From Octopus vulgaris (taxonomy: Eukaryota): DNA of 64,000 nucleotides. The stretch spans positions 51,708,001-51,772,000 of the forward strand of contig OX597823.1 of NCBI GenBank assembly GCA_951406725.2, read 5' to 3'. The position numbers and the translations under genes were made by a program. How positions within the stretch are numbered: position 1 is the stretch's first letter; every line of letters begins with the position of its first letter. Shown piece after piece: positions 54,100 to 64,000 of the stretch. The notes under the pieces were generated by a model. That model saw nothing but the letters and a program-made list of their open reading frames with translations. It had not been told where the DNA came from and made no database searches.

Positions 54100-55022
54100 T
54101 TTATATATGTGTGTGTCTGTGTGTGTGTTTGTGTGTTCTGTTCTTATTGTGTATTTTTAGAATTTTGTCCTGTACTTATCTCTCGCGTGTTTACGTACTC
54201 TTCACCCGTTGGTGATGTCCTGTACTTGATGTATTTTATATTTATTTATTCATAATCGAACGCCACGCAGCCTTGTCCACAGAAAGTTTTTACTTTTACT
54301 TATAATTCCTGCGACTCCACTCTCTGTTCCCTTTCTTTCTCTCTGTCCCCTGTCTATCTTTCTTCCACTCCCGACTATCTCTTGTTCCTTCTCCCTTCAT
54401 CCTCTCTCTTGTCCCCCTTCTCCCCTGCCTGTTTGCTCCCGCGTGACTATAGGCCATTTTCTCACCTCTGTCTTTTCTGGACGCGTCATCCATCTAGATA
54501 GACGTCGTTTTTCTCGCCTCCCGACATTTTCTCTTTTTTTCCTCTTTTACTATTTACTTCTCCTCTATTTATTCAATACCCTTTCCAAATTTTTTCCAGG
54601 TGTTACCCACTACAATGCATCTTGGCCTAACGGCCCTTAATATTTGTCTTCGTCTATGGTTTACTCTGTACATCCACTCTGCCATTGTTTGTTCGTTCGA
54701 AGCTATAACTCACCACAAATTTTATATTTTAAAAATTTCTGGATGCTACTGTTTTATGAAGGTTTCCTATCTAGTCGTTGAAGGCTCGAAATAGGGAGTA
54801 ATTAGTAGTCGACAAATGAGGAGCGGTTAGACTTCTTTTGTTATTTTGTCCCATACTTGTCTCTCATTATGTGCTTACGTATTTTCATTCGATGGTGATG
54901 TCCTGTTCTGATAGTGTATTTTTTTAGTATTTTGTCCTGTGCTTGTCTCTCATGTGTTTACGCATTTTTCACTCCTTGGTAATGTCCTGTACTTGATTAT
55001 TTTTAATATATAGATCTCTCTG

Positions 55023-55057
<35 letters not shown>

Positions 55058-55171
55058 ATGTGTGTGTGTATTTCAGGAAAGAAATATGATTAAAAAACAG
55101 ATTTGTTTTACAAGTCTATATAATATATTAGAATTGTCATAGCAAATGAATTATACAGTATTATATATGCT

Positions 55172-55350
55172 TCTCTACACTAGGCACAAGACCCAAAATT
55201 TTGGGGGAGGGAGCCAGTCGATTAGATCGACCCCAGTACGCGCCTGGTACTTATTTTTTCGACCCTGAAAGGCAAATTCGACCTCAGCGGAATTTGAACT
55301 CAGAACGGAAAGACAGGCGAAATAGCGCTAAGCATCTGTCAGCTCGCCGC
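55172..55350 (-). mobile_element. SINE family A
   Basis: Reverse-complement family A motifs (CTAGGCACAAG..GGAATTTGAACTCAGAAC..CAGCTCGCCGCC). Confidence 0.8.
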
Positions 55351-55475
55351 CTTATACAGTGTTATATATTAACGATTCTAATATATTCTTTAGTCTTGTA
55401 AAACAAATCTTCTGTGGTTTTCATCTTTCCTTGTATATTCAACCACGTGTAATCACCAACCTTACTTTCTCTTTA

Positions 55476-55600
<125 letters not shown>

Positions 55601-55610
55601 ATATGTTATA

Positions 55611-55657
<47 letters not shown>

Positions 55658-55782
55658 CGGAGATGTACTTGCATAGCGAGTGACTTGATCTGAGATCATG
55701 TGCTGGAACGAAAACAATTGAGACCGCGACCTGTTCACTGGCAAAGCTTCGTGCTGCATCTGAGAAAGTAAGTTAGTTCATG

Positions 55783-55817
<35 letters not shown>

Positions 55818-56074
55818 TGTATGTATGTATGTATGTATGTTTGTTTGTATGTGCGTATGTATGTATGTGCATATGTATGTATGCGTGTACATGTATGTGT
55901 GCATGCATATGTGCATGCCTATACGCATGTATGTACCTATGTACTTACGTACGTATGTATGTATTTAGGAGAGTGTGTAGACGTGTCTGTGTGTTTGTAC
56001 ATGCGTATGTATATGTGAAAGTATGTTTGTGTAATGATATGTGTCAGTTCAACTTGAACTGACAGAATTATATA

Positions 56075-56141
<67 letters not shown>

Positions 56142-56142
<1 letters not shown>

Positions 56143-56416
56143 TGGAGGCGCAATGACCCAGCGGTCGTAGGATCGCGGTTTCGATTTCCAGACCGGGCGT
56201 TGTGAGTGTTTATTAAGCGAAAACACCTAAAAGCTCCACGACGCTCCGCAAGGGGTGGTGATCCCTGCTGTACTCTTTCACCACTCTTTCTCCCACTCTT
56301 TCTTCTGTTGGCCTGCTCGCTTAGCCAGCGGGGTGGTGTCATTCAGAGGCTAAAACAATGCGAACGCATTGAGACCAGCAATGTGTAACATTTGATGGTC
56401 TGGTCGGTCACGTGAT

Positions 56417-56459
<43 letters not shown>

Positions 56460-56733
56460 TGGAGGCGCAATAGACTCGTGGTCGTAGGATCGCGGTTTCG
56501 ATTTCCAGACCGGGCGTTGTGAGTGTTTATTGAGCGAAAACACCTAAAAGCTCCACGACGCTCCGCAAGGGGTGGTGATCCCTGCTGTACTCTTTCACCA
56601 CTCTTTCTCCCACTCTTTCTTCTGTTGGCCTGCTCGCTTAGCCAGCGGGGTGGTGTCATTCAGAGGCTAAAACAATGCGAACGCATTGAGACCAGCAATG
56701 TGTAACATTTGATGGTCTGGTCGGTCACGTGAT

Positions 56734-56777
<44 letters not shown>

Positions 56778-57055
56778 GTGGAGGCGCAATAGACTCGTGG
56801 TCGTAGGATCGCGGTTTCGATTTCCAGACCGGGCGTTGTGAGTGTTTATTGAGCGAAAACACCTAAAAGCTCCACGACGCTCCGGCAGGGGGTGGTGATC
56901 CCTGCTGTACTCTTTCATCACTCTTTTTCCCACTCTTTCTTCTGTTGGCCTGCTCGCTTAGCCAGCGGGGTGGCGTCATTCAAAGGCTAAAACAATGCGA
57001 ACGCATTGTGACCAGCGATGTGTAACAACATATGATGGTCTGGTCGGTCACGTGA
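56142..57055 (+). mobile_element. Three head-to-tail copies of a tRNA-derived SINE (family D variant) separated by (TA)n
   Basis: Units start at 56142, 56459 and 56778 (period ~317-319). The 5' ~150 bp match the 60232 copy, but the 3' half differs and ends GGTCACGTGATCACGTGA. Confidence 0.9.
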
Positions 57056-57065
57056 TATATATATA

Positions 57066-57293
<228 letters not shown>

Positions 57294-59450
57294 AAGGGAG
57301 AGAGAAAGAGCAAGAGAGAGAGAGATCCATACTTTTAGCTACAACTGGACTGCCAGAAAACATGTAACTGTCTCCTAACAAAGTCCATGTATTCTGAAGT
57401 TACTTTTTCTATTCTATTTCATGTTTTATTGGTTTGGTTTTTTTGTGGGGGAGGGGGATGAGTCTTCTGAAGAGACTTTGATCTTGCGCCGCCTAAAAAT
57501 CCTTTGGTCTTACCATTGATTCTTTTGCTTCTCAAGAAGAGCTGAGATTTACTTTATCCACTGCTGCTTTGTTAAGTCTTATCAGATTTTAGCCACGTAA
57601 GAGCTTTTCGGACATCGTCTTAGGAGAACATTTTGTAATCCCATTTTTAGTTTAGTGTTTATATATATTTTTTGTGCATGTTTTTTTTATATATACATAT
57701 AGTTTCTGTTGTTGTTTCTTCATCGTTCCCACTGATGTCTTTTACTTCAACTTCTTTTTTATTTGTTTGTTTGGGGAAGACTATAAAGGGATTTAGAACT
57801 GTTTTATATATTTATTTCTATTAGTTGCCGTTTATTTTTTGCAAGATTTTGCGCTAGATATTTTATAATATTCAGTTTTAAAGGAACCTCTACCTTTGTG
57901 GTGAGCAGTAAATACAGTATTTCCGTATTGGATTTTCCTTTTTACTTTTTGTTTGTTTGTCGATACCGAATATTTCCCAATTTATTCCTGACATGTTTGT
58001 TATTAATGGTGTTACTTTACGACTGGTTAATGTTTCCTAGATCCATACTAGAAAACGCTATCAAAAGCCTTCTAAGCAATCAATCTCTCCCATGATCAGT
58101 CCCCTATTTATTTTTCGATTTTGGATTTAGTTTTGTTGCTCAGTAATTGATCTTTACAATTATATGAGTTTTGTGCCATTCCTTCAGCTCTTCTGGGTGT
58201 ACATGAGTTTTTTTTCTTTCCTTTATATGTTCAGCTTTTACTATCTGCGATATTATTGCGCTTACAACGTTGTATACCGTAAGCAGATAGCTTTAGATGC
58301 TTGCTGTTTATTTGAATCTTGTGAATTAATTTTTTTTTCCCACGACAAATTCTAAAGGCTTATATTTTGCGTATTTCAGTAGATCATTAAATATTTTGGC
58401 CAGTACTCTGTGTGCGCGGCTTAACTATTTTAACCAGAATTTTAGAACTTTATTACTTCCTGATATGGGTATTCGCTGGATATATCAGGCCATCTTAACC
58501 AAAGTAATTAAAGGTTTGGTAGGCCATACATGAACTAGTATGACGTGAAATTGCCTTACTCCTTAGGGCTTTAATATCAGATTTCAGCTAAAAATGAGAA
58601 AATACTTTCTATACCCGTTGTGACAGAACGGCTTTTTTCAAATGCTGTTGGTTATACTTCTGTATAGAGACGAAATTTTAATGGAGGATATTTGCTAGGT
58701 TTTGTAGTGAATATTTCACCTTTATTTTCAATGGTTGTTGATGGTGCTGATATATATGAGAAGAAGCAATTATCATCTAGTGTACAATCTTTTTCAGACA
58801 GTTTTTCTAAATCAGTGACAGTGGTTGCTGTGAAAAACGTTAAATATTATTTGCAAGGGGTCTCCTTCATCGAAAACCGGTGCTTACCATGCGTTGACGA
58901 GAGGCAATTACCTTGAAACTATAGTTCGTATGTAGTACTTAGGTTTTCGAGAGAGGATGACCTCCCTTTGCAAATAACACAAGGGCACTGAGATTGTGTC
59001 TAAAGTCCATCTGGTGACGTTGATCGCCTGGGGCTAAAAGCATCAGTTACACCCCACCCCCAGTGGCTAGCCACATTCAGATGGCTAGTACACCTTACGT
59101 TAAATTTGATATTATTTGAGAGGTATTCATTGGGTTAGTAACACAAAGTAACTTACGTCCTATTTCTGTGGCCGATGTAGTATTTGAATTAAATCAAGAA
59201 AAACTCCTTGACCAAGAATGTGAAGGTTACTCTAAAATAACAGGAAAGGGAAGCAGAGTGCAAGTTTTAAAAAAAATGGAGCATATATACAAAAATTGGA
59301 TCTATTGATAGCGCTGCGCATAAATGTTATGAATGACCTTAATGCAATACTTGAAGTTGAATTAGTGTAGTGAAAGGTACCAATTTCTTTCTTTTTAAGT
59401 TTTTGTCAGTGAGCAAAAGAAATGTCTTCTTCCAAGTGTATTAAATATAT

Positions 59451-59833
59451 GGAAGCACTCCGTCGGTCACGACGATGAGGGTTCCGGTTGATCCGAATCA
59501 ACGGAACAGCCTGCTCGTGAAATTAACGTGTAAGGGGCTGAGCACTCCATAGACACGTGCACCCTTAACGCAGTTCTCGGGGATATTCAGCGTGACACAG
59601 AGAGTGACAAGGCCGACCCCTTGAAATACAGGTACAACAGAAACAGGAAGTAAGAGTGAGAGAAAGTTGTGGCGAAAGAGTACAGCAGGGATCCCCACCA
59701 TCCCCTGCCGGAGCCTCGTGGAGCTTTTAGGTGTTTTCGCTCAATAAACACACACAACGCCCGGTCTGGGAATCGAAACCGCGATCCTATGACCGCGAGT
59801 CCGCTGCCCTAACCACTGGGCCATTGCGCCTCC
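59451..59833 (-). mobile_element. SINE family D (tRNA-Arg-like head), full length
   Basis: Head GGAGGCGCAATGGCCCAGTGGTTAGGGCAGCGGACTCGCGG..GGTTTCGATTCCC; 11-bp TSD ATTAAATATAT (59440-50, 59834-44). Confidence 0.9.
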
Positions 59834-60231
59834 ATTAAATATATACAAAGAGTTGGACAGGAAAATAATAAAAGAATATTCAAGATTTTCCATTGACTTT
59901 GAAAATGATTTTGATTAGTGAAATATAGTCTCTACAGCTTCGGGTGAAACGCACCAACAAGCTCACCAGTTGAAGCCTGTTTCTAGTACAAGAACGTTTC
60001 TCGTTAGTCTGAATATAATTTCATTCTATTCAGCACAACTGGAATCTTTAAAAATAAGTTCTTCAAGCTGTTTCCATGTGATGTAATCAAACTGTATTAT
60101 CATGTCCAGGAGCTCGTGATTTCTATAGACAAAGACAAAAGTAAAAAATAATTCAAATAAATTTTTTTTCGAAAGTCAAACAATTATCAGGGAAATTAGA
60201 CATATACTGACCTGATAATTTACAGAAAACA

Positions 60232-60637
60232 GTGGAGGCGCAATGGCCCAGTGGCCCAGTGGTTAGGGCAGCGGACTCACGGTCATAGGATCGCGGTTTC
60301 GATTCCCAGACCGGGCGTTGTGAGTGTTTATTGAGCGAAAACACCTAAAGCTCCACGAGGCTCCGACAGGGGATGGTGGTGATCCCTGCTGTACTCTTTC
60401 GCCACAACTTTCTCTCACTCTTACTTCCTGTTTCTGTTGTACCTGTATTTCAAAGGGCTGGCCTTGTCACTCTCTGTGTCACGCTGAATATCCCCGAGAA
60501 CTACGTTAAGGGTACACGTGTCTGTGGTGTGCTCAGCCACTTACACGTTAATTTCACGAGCAGGCTGTTCCGTCGATTCGGATCAACCGGAACCCTCGTC
60601 GTCGTAACCGACGGAGTGCTTTTTTTGTTTTTGTTTT
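60232..60637 (+). mobile_element. SINE family D, full length
   Basis: Highly similar to the 59451-59833 copy; TSD TTTACAGAAARCA (60219-31, 60638-50); T-rich tail. Confidence 0.9.
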
Positions 60638-60914
60638 TTTACAGAAAGCATAATCTACAGATATTGTGTTCTGATACTGGTGGCTTAACTGTAGTAGAAT
60701 TTCGTCGTAGATCAGTTTTCTTTTCTTTTTTTGTTTTTTCTGCCATTTTAACACACCATTATATCATCCTTGGAGAGCAGTTTTTTGCTGTAAATAAGAA
60801 AATTTTTAGCCTCTTTTTTTACATTTATTACAAACGGTGATGCTAACAAAACACGAGTCCATGAAGGTCAGCAATGGTAGATCAAGGTTTATCTGAACTG
60901 TGCATGATAAGTGT

Positions 60915-61208
60915 TCTCTTTACTCTTTACTCTTTTACTTGTTTCAGTCATTTGACTGCGGCCATGCTGGAGCACCGCCTTTAGTCGAGCAAATCGACCC
61001 CGGGATTTATTCTTTTGTAAGCCCAGTACTTATATATATATATACGACAGGCTTCTTTCAGTTTCCGTCTACCAAATCCACTCACAAGGCATTGGTCAGC
61101 CCGGGGCTATAGCAGAAGACACTTGCCCAAGATGCCACGCAGTGGGACTGAACCCGGAACCATGTGGTTGGTTAGCAAGCTACTTACCACACAGCCACTC
61201 CTGCGCCT
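60915..61208 (-). mobile_element. SINE family B (young, internally shortened)
   Basis: Tail and head are well preserved, with CpGs retained. Confidence 0.88.
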
Positions 61209-61406
61209 ATTCACCATATTTTTTATTAACAATTGGTAGTACATGTACTCAATTCGAGAAATTGATAAGCGGACAGGTTTCTGGAGTACTCGAATCCATG
61301 CTAATCTTTTAATTATATCACGTTTTAGTTATTATATGTTTTAAAGTACTCCTTTATTTCCGTGTAAATATATATATACTTTTGATATCATAATACATCC
61401 AGTCAT

Positions 61407-61646
61407 TATTTACATTATTTACATTTGACGGATATTTGTCCTCATCTTGTTTGTTAACACAACGTTTCGGCTGATATACTCTCCAGCCTTCATCAGGTGT
61501 CTTGGGAAAATTTCGGACCTGGGTTCTCATTTCTAAGATATTTTTCGATGTTGTTGTTGTTGTTGTTATTCAGGTCACTGCCTGGAATCGAACTCGGAAT
61601 CTTGGGGTTAGTAGCCCGCGCTCTTAACCACTAATATAGAACTGTA
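61407..61646 (-). mobile_element. tRNA-headed SINE (family E) carrying a hammerhead ribozyme
   Basis: A box TAGTGGTTAAG (61623-33), B box GAGTTCGATTCC (61584-95), (AAC)n linker, hammerhead, (TGTAAATAA)2 tail, 12-bp direct repeats ACATCCAGTCAT (61395-406, 61647-58). Confidence 0.82.
61457..61500 (-). ncRNA. Minimal type I hammerhead ribozyme, intact
   Basis: ACAC-CUGAUGA-A-GGCUG-(10 nt)-CAGCC-GAAAC-GUU-GUGU. Confidence 0.85.
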
Positions 61647-61872
61647 ACATCCAGTCATATTTTCTGTAATGTCACTCACCACCTCTTATTTCATCTTTGT
61701 AGATTTCTTTCACACTACATTTCGCTTCCTTTTTTTTTGTAACCATTGGGAAATTTTCGTATATCTTTGTATCCTTTTGCGCCCTTGTGACAAATAAATA
61801 AATAATTGATGTTGTTGTTGTTGTTGTTATTATTATCATTATTATTATTATTATTATTAATATTATTATTAT

Positions 61873-63098
61873 TCTATGTTTGACTTTTGCTTTATATTTG
61901 TACAAGTTGGCTCCAAGTCTCACCCAGAGACCTCAAGAGACAACAGGGTTGGAAGTTCATGTTGTTGTTATGCCTAGTGTGCCATATATTTGGGGGGTGG
62001 GGATGTTGTACTAATGAATGTCTAAAAAAAAAAAAAAAAGGTTTTTTTTTTTTTTTTTTTTTCCTTTTAAACCGAAAATTATGTTTGTTTTAAACCTTGA
62101 GATTACATAGAGAGTATTTTGCGTAGGATATGAGCAGTTCCCCATGAGCACTATCTTTTGAACTTCTGCCATTTTTGGGTTTCCTGGTATCTGAGTTAGG
62201 TAGCTATCAGCCCCTTTTGCTATCATTCCCAGGGCACCTATGACAACAGGTATTGTTTTAGTCTTCAGCTTCCACATTTTGCTGATTTCTATTTCAAGAT
62301 CTTTATATTTGCTCAGTTTTTGGTAGGTCTTGACAGATACGTTTATATCGATTGGGACAGTCATATCAATGAGGAGGCATGTTCTTTGTTTGAAGTTTTT
62401 CAATATGATGTCTGGCCTATTTGCATCTATCTTCCTGTCAGTTTGAATGGCGAAGTTCCAGAGGAGTGAGATGTGGTCATTTTCAAGCACTGGGGGTGGT
62501 TTGTGTTCCCACCAGTTTTTTTCATGGGGCAAATCCAGGTTTTTACAGATTACCCAGTGAATATATTGTGCAGCTCTATCGTGCCTGTTGAGATACTCTG
62601 TAGGCGCTAGAAGACTGCACTTGGAGACCACATGGTCAATGGTTTCATTTTGTTGCTTGCATACACGACACGTTGGACTGCTTCTGATCTTTAATATGTT
62701 GGCCTGGTAGTTTCTTGTTGGTAGGCATTGATCTTGAGCTGCTATGATAAACCCCTCTGTTTCAGATTTTAAGCCAGAGGCCATTAGCCATTGATGGGTC
62801 AGGGCTTTGTCGATATCTGCATTATTCGCTCTCTTTGGGTATTTGCCATAGAGAGGTTTTTCTTGCCATTTATTATTCAGAATATCTAAGGCCGCAGTTT
62901 TGGCACGGGTTTTCATGCGCCTAGCTTTTTCTGTGCTTGTTTCTTGTATTCATGCGCCTAGCTTTTTCTGTGCTTGTTTCTTGTATTCATGCGCCTAGCT
63001 TTTTCTGTGCTTGTTTCTTGTATTCATGCGCCTAGCTTTTTCTGTGCTTGTTTCTTGTATCATGCGCCTAGCTTTTTCTCATGCGCCTAGCTTTTTCA
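61873..63098 (-). mobile_element. R4/Dong-type non-LTR retrotransposon 3' fragment (CCHC knuckle + restriction-like endonuclease) in a (TAA)n tract
   Basis: ORF 62011-62916: ETEGFIIAAQDQ, CRVC..ETIDHVVSKC, YLNRHD, RPDI..LIDMTVP..KLSKY, PVVIGALG; +1 frameshift at ~62140 hides the MGTAHILRKILSM* terminus; (TAA)n on both sides. Confidence 0.9.
62912..63098. repeat. 37-bp tandem repeat (4 units plus partials) at the 5' junction of the Dong-like element
   Basis: Unit TTCATGCGCCTAGCTTTTTCTGTGCTTGTTTCTTGTA; CATGCG at 62914, 62951, 62988, 63025, 63061 and 63080. Confidence 0.92.
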
Positions 63099-63102
63099 TA
63101 TA

Positions 63103-63196
<94 letters not shown>

Positions 63197-63409
63197 CGTG
63201 TAAAATAAAACGCCAGTTAAACATTGGGGTCGATTTAATCTCCTTGTACCTGTCACCCAATTTTCGGACTACGTAGCTATATTATAAAAATCACCCTTAG
63301 ATGTTGTTTTGCTTCTCTCCCTCTCTCCTTCTTTCGCTCTCTCTCTCTCTCTCCTTCTCCCCCACCTTCTCTCTGTGATTAGGTGTTTCACCACGATACT
63401 TTTATCTTT

Positions 63410-63782
63410 TATCTTTTATGTGCTCTTAGACTGCAACCATGCTGAAGCACCACCGTGAAGAATTTTTAGTCGAATGAATTGGTCCCAGTACCTATTTTTT
63501 AAAAGCTTGGTGCTTATTATGTCGGTGTCTTTTGCTGAACCGCTAAGTTACGGGGTCGGTTGTCAAGCTGTGGTAGAGAACAAACACAGACTTAAAGACA
63601 CACACACACACACATATATACATATATGCATACGACAAGCTTCTTTCACTTTCAGTCTATCAAATTCACTCACAAGGCTTTGATCAGCATAAGACTATAT
63701 AGTAGAAGGCAAAAGGTGCCTCACAGAAGGACTGAATCCAGAACCATTTGGTTGGAAAGCATGCTTCTTACCACACAGCCAC
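63410..63782 (-). mobile_element. SINE family B (diverged)
   Basis: CCATGCTGAAGCACC..CCGCTAAGTTACGGGG..CACTCACAAGGCTTTG..CTTACCACACAGCC. Confidence 0.82.
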
Positions 63783-64000
63783 CCCTTTTAAAGAAAAAAA
63801 AAGCGACATCAAGAATTTCGGGACGTTTGCTTCATGATCTCGGATTTTTACAAAAAATGGTTCTTGGGTTCTCCTTTTCCTTTCTTTCTTTTTTAACAAG
63901 CAAAATTAATATTCATTGCAGCACAAAGCATTCAATGACTTTTGGTCAATTGAGAATTACACTGACATACAGTTACCCTGATACTTACACGGACGATTCG

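Noticed and set aside
59760-60310. tRNA genes in SINE heads (also families A, B and E)
   Set aside because: No complete cloverleaf or acceptor stem; each continues into a SINE body, several with TSDs.
62912-63098. 37-bp repeats of CRISPR-like length
   Set aside because: No spacers; the unit is a piece of the adjacent retrotransposon ORF.

Overview
Eukaryotic, very AT-rich, microsatellite-saturated intergenic/intronic DNA. The SINE repertoire and the (TA)n/(TTA)n/(ATC)n load suggest a coleoid cephalopod such as Octopus (inference from pattern recognition, no database search). I found no intact protein-coding gene, and nearly all entries in the ORF track are microsatellite artefacts. The window is a nested mobile-element graveyard. 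It holds at least five SINE or SINE-like families (A-E, my labels), two CR1-type LINE remnants, an R4/Dong-type RLE retrotransposon in a (TAA)n tract, Penelope-like (GIY-YIG) fragments, mariner, maT/DD37D and Tc1 transposons, two non-autonomous Helitrons, a MITE, a complete 525-bp miniature LTR element, a 5S rRNA pseudogene, and one candidate Pol II promoter with first exon (~51.2-51.65 kb). Main highlights: (1) about nine minimal hammerhead-ribozyme motifs, including an intact one inside a tRNA-headed SINE flanked by a 12-bp TSD; (2) a 5S rRNA-SINE chimera inside a single 10-bp TSD; (3) a SINE/CR1-LINE pair sharing a 3' tail; (4) a TRIM-like Mag-lineage element; (5) 37-bp reiteration of the 5' truncation point of the Dong-like element. 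All alignments were done by eye, so boundaries are approximate.
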